Of a stretch of 64,000 nt of DNA, positions 17,688 through 27,449 are shown piece after piece. The first letter of the stretch is position 1, and each line of letters opens with the position of its first letter. The DNA comes from Polyangiaceae bacterium (GTDB taxonomy: Bacteria; Myxococcota_A; Polyangia; Polyangiales; Polyangiaceae): positions 128,001-192,000 of the forward strand of contig JBILLK010000017.1 of NCBI GenBank assembly GCA_044376115.1, given 5' to 3'. A program made the position numbers and the translations under genes. Under the pieces are notes generated by a model that worked only from the letters and a program-made list of their open reading frames with translations, did not search any database and was not told the DNA's origin.

Positions 17688-20150
17688 TCACTCGGGTGGT
17701 CCAGCCTCAATCGCCCTTCGATAACGCGCCCGCCGCGGTGCGTCCCTCAGCACCTCGAAGGCCTCCTCCACCACCTCCACAATCAGCGTAACATCCGTAT
17801 AGAGGTCCCGCGTCTGGGGCGTTAGCAAACGCGACGGCTCGAAGGTACGACGCAAATCGAGGTATGCCCGCTTCACCTCGTAAGAGGTGGCTTCACGTTG
17901 AATGCCGAGCAGCGCGAAGTAGTCGCCCTCCCGGACGAGCGTCAGTTTTGCGCGCACTTTGGCGCGAATGGCCTCATCGTCGAGCGGATCGAAGGGCGCA
18001 ACACCAGCGACCTTGAGCGAACTCGCAGGTGCGATCGCAACGAGCACACCAAGCTCGATCAGCGCGAACAGAACGCTCGCTGCTTGCGGAGATTCGCTCA
18101 GGAGCTCCTCCAGCAGCCGACCCGACGCACCGCGCACGAGCGCTTCCTCATCCTCAGGGAGCGCGCACTCTGAGAGAATTCCGTGCTGCTTGCCTCGATC
18201 GAAACGCGCACGAGCACCGCCCATGAGCGCGATGCAGCGCTCTGGCGACAGCACCCGACGCGCGGCTTCCACGAACACCTCAGCGCCCGTCGCGCCGCCG
18301 AATACGCTTGGCTCTGAACGGAGCCGCGTGGGCACCTCAGGCTCGACCAGCACCGACCCTGGCCCGCTCACGAGCGCACGCCCGATCAACCACTCGGCAT
18401 GTGCACGGAGCACCGGCCAGAGGTCATTCTGTGCAAGGTGGCTTTGTGCGATCAAGGCGGCCCCGGCGTGCCGACCCGAGGGTGGAAGGCGCCCTGCCAA
18501 GCGCTCTGCCGCCTCCCGAGAGAGCTCGCCACGCATCGCCAGAAAGGCCACCAAGCTCTCCTCGGCGACGTCCGAGCTCGCGGTGACGATGTCTCCGTCG
18601 GAGAACAACACCGTACGAACCCCCTGATCGGTGGTTAAGGAGACAGCTCCAGTCTGGCGTGAAACGATCGCTTGCGCGAGCGGACGCAAGCCCTCGTGCG
18701 GCCCAAACACAGCGGCTTGACTGACGTCGGCGCGAACCGAGTGGGCCGCAGGGCTGATGCCCTCTTGCGGCCGTACTTGCTCTGACGCTCGCGGCGCCTC
18801 CACCGGACTCAAGGGGCGCAAAAACTCCTCGGGCCTCACGATCTGTGCCGGCTCTTCCGATTCGCTGGGCATCACGCCATGAAAGCCACTCACGGAGCGT
18901 CCGCTGCCGAACGAACGCTGCTCCTGAAAGCGGACAGGTGGGGAGATTGTCGGTGCGACTTGCGGAAACGCGGGTACGACCTGCGGCACGGCAAGGTTCG
19001 TGAGGGCCGAAACGCCCAGCGGCGTTGGCGGCACGATGAGCTTTGCTCCGCTGACGGCGTGCGGCGCAACCTCGGTATGGGGGCGAATCGGAGCTCCGCG
19101 TCGGACTTCGTCCACCCGAATTCCGAGCAGGTCTGCCACGCGCACACCAAGCGCTGGAGTTCCACTGCGGGTCGCTGGATTGGCGGTGCTCAACCCGGCG
19201 ATCTCAGCCGAATAATCGAGCGATGGCCGCGGACCAGGCTCCGAAGGATAACGCGTTGCCTCGTTCGGCGCGGGCGTAACGCCGGTGCCGCGCGGCAAGG
19301 GCGTTAGCGCAACGAGCGACCCCGTTCCACTCGGCGCTCCGAGCGAGGGCAGCGCGTTGCCGATCCCGCCCGTTCCTTCGAGTTCGTCCGCCGCATCGAG
19401 CGGTTCATCCAGCTGCAGCAAGAGGTCGGGCGGAAGCAGGCAATCACCGTCATCCGCCGCAACGGGAAGGCTGCCCTGTTCGAGCAACTGCGAGCGTACG
19501 CGCTCCTCAGCAGCGGCCATGGCGGCCGCGAGCTCCGGACTCAAACGAATGCTCGATGAAGCAAGCCCCGCGGAAATTCCGCCGTCCGCGGACTCTGCGA
19601 GCCCGACCTCGAGCGGGTCCTCGGCGCGCGGAAAATCCGAGATCGGCGGGATGCTGTCAGCAGCGGGCGGAGAGGACGCACGCTGCAACAACATCGGTGG
19701 TGGAGTCGTCCCGCGCGAGGAGAAATCTCCTCCTGCCGGCCCAGCGACGTGAGAAATCCGGTCCACTAGCCGTTGCACGTCGAGCGGGCGCTCAAACACG
19801 TTGCTGCTCAGGCTCACGTCCTGGAGCTCAGCGGCTCGCAGCGGGTCCCCCAAGCAGAAGATCTCCGCGCGTTTGCCGGCGAAGGTTTCACGTAGCCGCT
19901 TGATCTTGTCGACCGCTCCAGCCTGATCGATGTCGACCACGACGACGCGGGGCTCCTCGCTGAGAACCCGAGACTCGAGCAACGACAGTGGGACATCGAA
20001 CAAGGTAAACCCGCGCAGCCGCAAGATGACCGCAACGTCCTCCGCCTCGACCGAGGAATCGGAAAGGACGATGGCGTCACCTCGCTGAGCCTCATCAGGA
20101 CTCGCGGCCGGGGGATTGGTTCTGGGCACTCGGATTCGCGAATGTACCAA
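17688..20150 (-). CDS. Pseudo-receiver + Pro-rich linker + DUF4388-like + degenerate DnaJ-domain protein
   Basis: Receiver-like N-terminus (VVVVDID), TGAVSL..VLFSDGDIV, DYFALLG..EVKRAY..EAFEVL..RARY. Confidence 0.65.
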   Translation of the reverse strand: MVHSRIRVPRTNPPAASPDEAQRGDAIVLSDSSVEAEDVAVILRLRGFTLFDVPLSLLESRVLSEEPRVVVVDIDQAGAVDKIKRLRETFAGKRAEIFCLGDPLRAAELQDVSLSSNVFERPLDVQRLVDRISHVAGPAGGDFSSRGTTPPPMLLQRASSPPAADSIPPISDFPRAEDPLEVGLAESADGGISAGLASSSIRLSPELAAAMAAAEERVRSQLLEQGSLPVAADDGDCLLPPDLLLQLDEPLDAADELEGTGGIGNALPSLGAPSGTGSLVALTPLPRGTGVTPAPNEATRYPSEPGPRPSLDYSAEIAGLSTANPATRSGTPALGVRVADLLGIRVDEVRRGAPIRPHTEVAPHAVSGAKLIVPPTPLGVSALTNLAVPQVVPAFPQVAPTISPPVRFQEQRSFGSGRSVSGFHGVMPSESEEPAQIVRPEEFLRPLSPVEAPRASEQVRPQEGISPAAHSVRADVSQAAVFGPHEGLRPLAQAIVSRQTGAVSLTTDQGVRTVLFSDGDIVTASSDVAEESLVAFLAMRGELSREAAERLAGRLPPSGRHAGAALIAQSHLAQNDLWPVLRAHAEWLIGRALVSGPGSVLVEPEVPTRLRSEPSVFGGATGAEVFVEAARRVLSPERCIALMGGARARFDRGKQHGILSECALPEDEEALVRGASGRLLEELLSESPQAASVLFALIELGVLVAIAPASSLKVAGVAPFDPLDDEAIRAKVRAKLTLVREGDYFALLGIQREATSYEVKRAYLDLRRTFEPSRLLTPQTRDLYTDVTLIVEVVEEAFEVLRDAPRRARYRRAIEAGPPE

Positions 20151-20213
20151 AGCCCCGCGCTTCTTCCATGACAGAGGTTGCGGACGCGCGTGACTGGTGA
20201 TTAGAAGGCCAAT

Positions 20214-20342
20214 ATGTCGCTGCTGGGTGCATCAACGAACGAGATCCTCTTTTCGGCGGTGCTCGTAGCGCTAACCCTGCTCGGGACCTACGTCGGAGAC
20301 TTCAGCGAGGCCATTCAAAAGAGCCTCTCGCGCAAGTCATGA
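20214..20342 (+). CDS. 42-aa single-TM small protein, TatA/E-like
   Basis: MSLLGASTNEILFSAVLVALTLLGTYVGDFSEAIQKSLSRKS; stop overlaps next start (ATGA); below ORF track cutoff. Confidence 0.55.
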   Translation: MSLLGASTNEILFSAVLVALTLLGTYVGDFSEAIQKSLSRKS

Positions 20343-21544
20343 GCACGACGGAAGATCCGCCCAAGGCCAAGCTCGAAGAGGCCGAGACGGGGGAGGAGCA
20401 GGAGGACTCGGAGGGCAACGCCGAAGAGCCGCCGAGCGAGCGTCCTTCCGCTACCAAGCTCGAGCGTACCGAGCGTGTATCGCTCCCACCAAAGTCGGGC
20501 TTTCGTAAGAGCTTGGCGATCGCCGTGGGCGTGCTGCTGGCAGTGATCGCAGCGATCTTCATCATCCGACGAGTGCGTGAAGAGCCTCAAGCCGCGAGCC
20601 CCGTCGCCGCTCCCTCCGCGCTCGACGCCATCCCCGAGGGAGCGTTCTTGGTTGCCACCGCGGACCTGCGAGTCTTGCGGCAGGAGCCGCTGACAGCCCC
20701 GTTCCTCTCAGGGGATCGCGATGTCGCCGGCCTTGGACCGATGCGCACGGCCTGTGGCTTCGACCCGCTCAGCCTCGTGGACGAGCTGGCGATTGGGATA
20801 CCCGACTCACCCGACGATGATTTTGGCGTCGTGGCGCTTGGACGGCTCACCGCGGAGCCCATCGCTGAATGCGCTCGCAAGATGATCACCGCGCGAGGTG
20901 GTACGCCGGTGACCGCAGACTTGGGCAGGTTCAAGAGCGTTCGCGATGCAAAGAACGCAAGTTCGGGGGAGATCGCCGTCGCCCCCAACGGCCCGCTGCT
21001 GTTTGGTGGTGGCGCGTATCTGCGCGCGATGATGGCTGCGGCGGAAGCGCCAGGCGGCCAGGCGCGCGGGTCGGCGCACACTGGACTGCGCAAGGTGCTC
21101 GTCAATCACGACACCATCCAGGCCACCATCGTGCTCAGCCCCGCACAGCGGAAGACCATCGCCGACGAGCTATCGAAGGCCAAGGGAGAGGCACCTCTGG
21201 GGGTTGGCTATATCGCCGGTGCAGGGCTTGGAATTCGCTTCGCGGGCAACGAGGCGCGGTTGCTCTTGGTGCTACGCACCGATCAGCCCGACCAGGTCGC
21301 GGCCGTGACCGAACTGCTCGCGGCGAACCTCGGGTCCGTCGCAGAGGGGCCAGCCGTGCGCATGATTGGCGCCGGAGAGGTACTTCGGCGTGTTCAGCTC
21401 GAGACGCAAGGCAACGACGTGCGGGCCTCGGTCACTGTGACCGGCGCCGAGGTGGCAGACATCCTCGAGAAGGCCAACCGACTAGCCACGCTTGTGAACG
21501 CAATGGAAGCTGGAACGCCGGTGGAAAACCAACCGCAGCCGTAA
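20339..21544 (+). CDS. Hypothetical membrane-anchored periplasmic protein
   Basis: Acidic N-terminus, one TM, ACGFDPL motif. Confidence 0.7.
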   Translation: MSTTEDPPKAKLEEAETGEEQEDSEGNAEEPPSERPSATKLERTERVSLPPKSGFRKSLAIAVGVLLAVIAAIFIIRRVREEPQAASPVAAPSALDAIPEGAFLVATADLRVLRQEPLTAPFLSGDRDVAGLGPMRTACGFDPLSLVDELAIGIPDSPDDDFGVVALGRLTAEPIAECARKMITARGGTPVTADLGRFKSVRDAKNASSGEIAVAPNGPLLFGGGAYLRAMMAAAEAPGGQARGSAHTGLRKVLVNHDTIQATIVLSPAQRKTIADELSKAKGEAPLGVGYIAGAGLGIRFAGNEARLLLVLRTDQPDQVAAVTELLAANLGSVAEGPAVRMIGAGEVLRRVQLETQGNDVRASVTVTGAEVADILEKANRLATLVNAMEAGTPVENQPQP

Positions 21545-21612
21545 CGCTGCGTTACCTAAACGTCTTTTTCAAGTTCGGTGAAAGAATGGGCCGCCGTCGG
21601 CCAAGCTTGGAC

Positions 21613-21945
21613 ATGAAGATTAGCGTAGCCCATCGTTTGCTTGCATTCGGAGCGTTGGTCTCTGCAGTTGGTTGTGCCGGCGGAGACCCTCCCGAAATCG
21701 ACTGCGATACGGCGACGGTCAAAGGCTACGCCGAGCTAGGAGAAGCGTTCTCCTATTGCACCCAGTGTCACGGTGCCACCCGCGCCGACGAAGGTATCGC
21801 GCTGCACACCTACGAGCTCGCTGTTGAGCATGCCTCGCGTAGCGAGCGCTCGATCGCAAACGGCTCGATGCCGCCCGATGAGACGATGCCCGAATCGCTG
21901 GAGACCGACTTCTACACCTGGGCGCAGTGCGGCACGCCTCCGTGA
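21613..21945 (+). CDS. Small c-type cytochrome lipoprotein
   Basis: Lipobox SAVGC, CTQCH heme motif, distal MPP ligand motif; 3' part of the 20869 ORF. Confidence 0.75.
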   Translation: MKISVAHRLLAFGALVSAVGCAGGDPPEIDCDTATVKGYAELGEAFSYCTQCHGATRADEGIALHTYELAVEHASRSERSIANGSMPPDETMPESLETDFYTWAQCGTPP

Positions 21946-21952
21946 CTGCGAG

Positions 21953-23281
21953 CTAAGGCTCGATGCCCAGCTCGCGCATGCGGCGCCAGAGCGTAATCCG
22001 ACTAAACCCAAGGATTTTGGCCGCTCGCTCGCGGTTGCCGGCCGCCCTGTCGAGCGCCCGCTTGATACGAGCCGCCTCGGGCGAAAGCTCCACGACGGGA
22101 GCAAGCGGCGGCCTTTCCTTCGAAACGCTGGGGTGCTCGTCCTCCATCGACTCTTCCTGCTCCAAGAGCTCCGGCGGCAGATCGCTCGGCAAGAGGATCG
22201 GCCCCTCCCCGATCGCAAACGCGTACGAAATGACGTTACGCAGTTCGCGAACATTGCCCAAAAAGGCATAGCGCTCCATCCGCTCGATCGCCGCTGGCGC
22301 GATCTGTTGCACCTGACGCCGACTCTTGCCGTTCATCTCGCTCACCAGCTTGTCGGCAAGCAGCCGGATGTCACCAGGACGTTCGCGAAGCGGTGGCAAG
22401 AAGATCGGGATGACGCGGAGCCGGTACATCAAGTCCGCGCGAAACCGGCCAGCCTCGACCTCCTTGCGCAGCGCGCGATGAGTTGCAGATATCACCCGTA
22501 CATCGACGGGAATCGGATCGCGACCACCGACAGGGATCACCGTGCGCGTCTCGATCACGCGCAGCAACTTGGCTTGCAGCTCCAGCGGAAGCTCGGCCAC
22601 CTCATCGAGAAAGAGCGTCCCCTTGTTCGCGAGCTGTACGTGCCCTTGGACGTCCCGAACAGCGCCAGTGAAGGCTCCGCGCGTGTGACCAAAAAGCTCG
22701 CTCTCGAGCAAATTGCTCGGTAGCGCTGCACAGTTGATCGCGCGAAACGGACCTCCCTTCCGCTGCGATAGCTGGTGAATCGCCTGAGCGACGAGCTCCT
22801 TACCGCTGCCTGTCTCACCGCGAATGAGCACGGTCATTTCTTCCGCGGCAACGCGCTCCATCACGCGAAACACCTGCTTCATCCGGGTGTCCTGCGTCCA
22901 CATCCCGTGGAACAAGATGGGGCCGTTCTCGTCCACGTCACTGGCGTCATCGAGCAGCAGCAGCCACGCGCGATTCGGCAAGGGAAGTGAACGGACCGAA
23001 ATGCGACGCCCTGGCTCACTCGACCCAGGATGTGGAATCGAGGCGGTGACTGCGGAACCAGCGGCGAGCGCTTCGGCGATCGGCCGCTTCACCGCCCCTC
23101 CACACAAAACGCGCACTGCGAGCTCACCCGTGGCTACGCGAAAGCCGAGCAGCGTCTCCGCCTGGGGCGTCGCAAGCACCACATGCAAACCAGCATCGAG
23201 CACCAGCACCGCACCACCGAGCTGACCAAGCCCCTCGGCGATTGATTGCGCGATCACGGGGTCGGAAGCGGACGCCTTCAT
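21953..23281 (-). CDS. Sigma54 enhancer-binding protein with N-terminal PAS-like domain
   Basis: GETGSGKE, GAFTGA, FLDEVAE, GNVREL, HTH. Confidence 0.92.
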   Translation of the reverse strand: MKASASDPVIAQSIAEGLGQLGGAVLVLDAGLHVVLATPQAETLLGFRVATGELAVRVLCGGAVKRPIAEALAAGSAVTASIPHPGSSEPGRRISVRSLPLPNRAWLLLLDDASDVDENGPILFHGMWTQDTRMKQVFRVMERVAAEEMTVLIRGETGSGKELVAQAIHQLSQRKGGPFRAINCAALPSNLLESELFGHTRGAFTGAVRDVQGHVQLANKGTLFLDEVAELPLELQAKLLRVIETRTVIPVGGRDPIPVDVRVISATHRALRKEVEAGRFRADLMYRLRVIPIFLPPLRERPGDIRLLADKLVSEMNGKSRRQVQQIAPAAIERMERYAFLGNVRELRNVISYAFAIGEGPILLPSDLPPELLEQEESMEDEHPSVSKERPPLAPVVELSPEAARIKRALDRAAGNRERAAKILGFSRITLWRRMRELGIEP

Positions 23282-23304
23282 GAACAGACCTTAAGCCGGC
23301 GCCG

Positions 23305-25704
23305 CTAAGATTCAATCGAAGGTTTGAGCGCTCGCGCGAGTGGCCGACCAAACAGCCTGAGCCCCGCCGGAACCAACAATAGCGCCGTGATCAAGTTGGT
23401 CACGTTGCCCACCGCGCCCACGATCCCGAGGTGCCGCAGGCCATCGTATTCGGCGAAACACAGCGCGAACAAGCCCGCAGAGGTCGTCAGCGCGGTGGTC
23501 ACGACCGGCCGCGTCTCGAGGTCGAGCGTGCGGCGAATGAAGCCTTCATCGGCGCCCCGAGCGTGATGCAAAAGGAACATCGCCTCATCCACCGAGATAC
23601 CGATCAACACCGGAATCACCAACGCCGAGTAGATGTGGAGCGGGATCTCGAACAGGCCAATCAGACCAAAGAGCGCGCCGAGCCCAACCACCAGCACGCC
23701 CGAAGCGAGCAGCAGCTCGCGTAGATTGCGCAGCGAGAGCGCCAACAGCAAGACCACGAGCACGGCAGCTGCAGCTCCGATCTTCGGTAGTTCAAGCTGC
23801 AGCGCCTTACGCAAATCCGCTTCGAGCTTCGCGTAGCCGGTGACCTGCGCCTGGCCATCCAGCTCCCCAACCAACGCATCGAGCTGCGCTGGCTGCACCC
23901 CAGGCTTGGTATGAACGTGCAGCACCGCGAGCTGTTCGTCATCTGCGGCGAGATAGCGAGCGGCGACCACTGCGCGATCTCCCTCTAGCAACTCGTCGAC
24001 CGGAACGATCGTGCGTGGCGCTGTTCGCATCGCCGAGAGTACTGCCTCGAAGCGAGCGGGAGCGAAGCCGGTCTCCTTCAGCGCCTGCTCCAACTCGGTC
24101 GCCTTTTGTGGCAGCTCGAGGGCGTCACGCTGCTTGAGCCGCTTCTCTTGCGTCGCTTCCGCTGGGATGACCGCCCCGAGCGCGTCCACCGTCTCTACCA
24201 ACGGGCTTACCGCAAGTCGCTCGGCGAGCTCGTCGGCACGCGCCATCACAACATCGCGCGCCGGCCCCGAAACCATCACGATGAATGGTTGATGACGCCC
24301 ACCGAAGAGCTCGAAGATGCGATCTTCGGTCAAAAGCGAAGGCAGATTATTGGGGCGCACCGCGACGAGACTCGGCGACACCGTCACGCCCTTGATAGCC
24401 GAGGAGAAGGTTACTGCGACAGCAACTCCGAGCACCGCCGCAGCGCGGGCTCGCGTCCCTGTCAGCGCGTGGATCCATGCCGCATAGCGCGGCGGACCAT
24501 CGGCTTTGCTCGAGCTGCGCTCAAACAAGCGTGCAAGTTCAGGCGTGAGCAGGAGAATGGAGATCGCCGTGAGCACCTCGCCCGCCGCACACAAGATCCC
24601 AAGTTCGCGCAGGGCTTGAACGCTCGAGAGCGCCAGACAGGCGAAGGCTGTGGCCGCAATCAGTGCCGCCGAGAGCACCGGCCGTGCTGTGCTGTTGCGG
24701 GCGATTCGCGCCGCCTCGAGTCCGTCGTGCCCCTCGCTGCGTGCCTGCAGAAAGGCTGCATAAACATGCACACCGCTATCGAAACCGACGCCGACCACGA
24801 TCGACATGAAGGCCACCGCGATCGCAGAAAGACCCTTCGGAAAGAGCGCCGCTACGGCCGTCGTCCAAAGCGTGCCGAGGAGTAGCGCCGGCAAGATCGC
24901 GGCTAGCGCGCGCAGACGGCGAAACACTAGCAAGAAGGCCAGGCTCGCCATAACCGTGGAAACAACGCCCGAGAGTTCGAGATCCGAGCGCAACATTCGC
25001 TCCATTTCGGACGAAATGACGTGCGGTCCCGTCGCGCGAATCGAAAGCTGCGGGTGAAGCTCACGCTGCGACGCCAACACCCCGTCGAGCAGCGTCGCAA
25101 AAGCGCGCGCATCGGCGCCGCGCAGCGCAAACCCTTTGGGCTTCACCACGACGAGGTGGGCACGCCCATCGTCGGTGGCAAAGTAGCCATCGTCGCGGGC
25201 TCGCACGCCGGCTCCCAGATTGCGCTCGCGCAGGGGAATCGACGCGAGCCTCAGCGGATCCTTCTGCAGGGCCTCACTCGCTGCGCCGGCGCCCGGCATC
25301 AGCAGCAGCTTCTTCGACTCCTGCAGGCGCTCGCGCATCTCCGCCGGCTCGAGCGCAGCGGCGAGTGCGGTACGACCACGTTCGTCTGCGAAACGCCAAG
25401 CCAGCAGCGGATCGCTGGTAGTGCCTATCTCTAAACGGCTCGCCGAGAAGGCCACGCGCTCGTCGGCTGCCAGCTCGGCGCTGATGGCGTCGGCGACGGC
25501 CATTGCCTCGTCAGGCTCGCCCTCGATCAGAATCGCGCTGAGACCACCGCCGCCAAAACCTTTGAGATAGCGGGCCAATACGGCTGACGAGCCCTCACTC
25601 GGCAGCAGGCTTGCTACGTCCGGGTTGAGCCGCAAACCGAACGCAACAGCGAAGCCTGCCACGAGCGTGAGCAGCACCACGAGGAAGATCGAAAGGCGCC
25701 GCAC
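23305..25704 (-). CDS. MMPL/RND-family exporter
   Basis: Two-fold TM repeat, GVGFDSGVH and GISVDEAMF motifs. Confidence 0.82.
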   Translation of the reverse strand: MRRLSIFLVVLLTLVAGFAVAFGLRLNPDVASLLPSEGSSAVLARYLKGFGGGGLSAILIEGEPDEAMAVADAISAELAADERVAFSASRLEIGTTSDPLLAWRFADERGRTALAAALEPAEMRERLQESKKLLLMPGAGAASEALQKDPLRLASIPLRERNLGAGVRARDDGYFATDDGRAHLVVVKPKGFALRGADARAFATLLDGVLASQRELHPQLSIRATGPHVISSEMERMLRSDLELSGVVSTVMASLAFLLVFRRLRALAAILPALLLGTLWTTAVAALFPKGLSAIAVAFMSIVVGVGFDSGVHVYAAFLQARSEGHDGLEAARIARNSTARPVLSAALIAATAFACLALSSVQALRELGILCAAGEVLTAISILLLTPELARLFERSSSKADGPPRYAAWIHALTGTRARAAAVLGVAVAVTFSSAIKGVTVSPSLVAVRPNNLPSLLTEDRIFELFGGRHQPFIVMVSGPARDVVMARADELAERLAVSPLVETVDALGAVIPAEATQEKRLKQRDALELPQKATELEQALKETGFAPARFEAVLSAMRTAPRTIVPVDELLEGDRAVVAARYLAADDEQLAVLHVHTKPGVQPAQLDALVGELDGQAQVTGYAKLEADLRKALQLELPKIGAAAAVLVVLLLALSLRNLRELLLASGVLVVGLGALFGLIGLFEIPLHIYSALVIPVLIGISVDEAMFLLHHARGADEGFIRRTLDLETRPVVTTALTTSAGLFALCFAEYDGLRHLGIVGAVGNVTNLITALLLVPAGLRLFGRPLARALKPSIES

Positions 25705-25736
25705 GAGGGAAGCGTCTCGCTTCAGTGTTAGCGGCT

Positions 25737-26042
25737 TCAGTGCCAGGCGGAGGCGGACTTGACCGGCTGGCCGGTTCGGTCGTGCTCAGCGAGCAGTTCC
25801 TTCGTCTTTTCCAAACAGCCAGTGCAGGAGGCGAAGTCACTGCCGTGGTCGCACTTCACCCACTGAGCCGAACCAGCATCAAACCCGCTCTCATCGAGGT
25901 GCGTACCGCAGCTGGTGCAGTGGATGTGATGGTGGTGGTGGTGATCACTGCCGGGCATCGATCCGTCTTTGCGCGGAGTGATGGCAGGCCCGGGAGACAG
26001 CGCCTTGCGTTCCTTCTTCGTCAGCTTCTTCTCGCGTTTCAT
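25737..26042 (-). CDS. Small His/Cys-rich putative metal-binding protein
   Basis: AAGGAG RBS; HHHHHHIHCTSC...CDH...CTGC. Confidence 0.7.
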   Translation of the reverse strand: MKREKKLTKKERKALSPGPAITPRKDGSMPGSDHHHHHHIHCTSCGTHLDESGFDAGSAQWVKCDHGSDFASCTGCLEKTKELLAEHDRTGQPVKSASAWH

Positions 26043-26208
26043 CGATGCTCCTTTTACCCGAAGGACTCGCGCCAAGTCGAAGGTTCAACGGAGCGCTCGG
26101 CGGTTTCCCACGAAGAAGGCTCAACTCACCGGCTGTTTCGTGACATCCACCGTTAACGGAAATTCAGCGCACCGTTGTACTTGCTGCACCGAGCGCGCAG
26201 CACCGGCA

Positions 26209-26712
26209 TCAATCGACGAACTGTACGCCGGTTGCCACGATCTCGACCTTGGCGGTGGCGCCGTTCTCCGATCCACCGCACTGGTCCACGGAGCCGCATT
26301 CATTCTGCGGCGCGCCTTCCTTCACCGTCCCCTGGACGATCGCTTTGCGACCGCTCGCGTCGCGGGGCACCGTAAAGCTGTGACCGGCCATCTTGATGTG
26401 AGCCTGCGAGCTTTCATCCCCGATCTCCATCCAGCAGCCGGCCTTCTTGCAGACGGCCTTCACGGTTCCGGCGGTGCGGACCTCTTGATTGGCAAACTTC
26501 GCAGGCTCTGCGGCAATCGCCGCCAGCGTCGTTTCACTGGTTTGAGTGATCGGCTGGCCATAGCTATTCGGCTTCGCGGTGCTGCCAGGAGCCGGCGCCT
26601 TCGCAGCGGAGGACGAGGGCCTAGCGCTCGTGTCGGCCGACGCCGACGGCACAGGCGCATCACAACCAACCACCAACGAAGCAAGGAGTAGAACGCTCGG
26701 AACTCGCAGCAT
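26209..26712 (-). CDS. DUF4920-like lipoprotein
   Basis: Lipobox VVGC; YG.., VCKKAGCWM, FTVP, IVATGV. Confidence 0.75.
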   Translation of the reverse strand: MLRVPSVLLLASLVVGCDAPVPSASADTSARPSSSAAKAPAPGSTAKPNSYGQPITQTSETTLAAIAAEPAKFANQEVRTAGTVKAVCKKAGCWMEIGDESSQAHIKMAGHSFTVPRDASGRKAIVQGTVKEGAPQNECGSVDQCGGSENGATAKVEIVATGVQFVD

Positions 26713-26761
26713 GGCGCGAAGTCTGGATCGAACCATGCTTCGCGCCAAGCCTAAGCTTGAT

Positions 26762-27382
26762 TTAACAGCCGCAACCGACGCTAAGTGGCAGCGAGAGCGT
26801 CGGCAACACGATCGCGTTCGCCGTTTCCAACGTAACGTCAACCAGTTCAGCCTCCGAATGACCATAGCCACCACGCTTACCGTGATGCCGACCATGGTGA
26901 CCGTCGCCATCGCCGTCGCCGTCCATACCGTCCTCGCACGTCACGGTTGCAGCTTGCTCCAAACAAGCGCCCCCCGACTCACTCAGCACACCGTCCACGC
27001 AGGTTTCTTCAACCGGGACGGTCTCCGCTTTGGTCGTGATTTGCGACACATAGCGCAGCGAACCCAGATCCGCCGTGGGCGCGCCCATGCCCAATCGCAG
27101 CGTGCTGCCATAGGAAGCTCCGGTGACGCGCAGACCGACTGGAACTCGGCCGTTGGACGTTTCGACGAAGAGCGCGTAGGTCGCTTCTTCCGCGACACTC
27201 AGAGCGAACGAGCCATCGCTAGCGATCAATGCGAGCGACTCCTCCCCGCTGTCATCGACGGCAACGACACCGCTAACTGAACTGGGGAAGCTATCGCCGT
27301 CCACGACGCCTGTAAGGGTTCCGCTGGTGCTGCCGCAGCCTGCCAATAGTGCTGCAAGAAGGACGAAGTTGATGCGTTTCAT
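26762..27382 (-). CDS. Hypothetical lipoprotein
   Basis: Lipobox LAGC; DG repeats, His patch, C-terminal CGC. Confidence 0.7.
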   Translation of the reverse strand: MKRINFVLLAALLAGCGSTSGTLTGVVDGDSFPSSVSGVVAVDDSGEESLALIASDGSFALSVAEEATYALFVETSNGRVPVGLRVTGASYGSTLRLGMGAPTADLGSLRYVSQITTKAETVPVEETCVDGVLSESGGACLEQAATVTCEDGMDGDGDGDGHHGRHHGKRGGYGHSEAELVDVTLETANAIVLPTLSLPLSVGCGC

Positions 27383-27449
27383 GGGACCTCTTTCAACCAA
27401 CTCTTGAGAGTGGTTGCTCCGATTGGCCAGCGGTGCCCGAGTCCTTCAT

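Noticed and set aside
20869..21612. N-terminal part of the 358-aa ORF
   Set aside because: Arg-rich out-of-frame overlap with 20339-21544; only 21613-21945 looks real.
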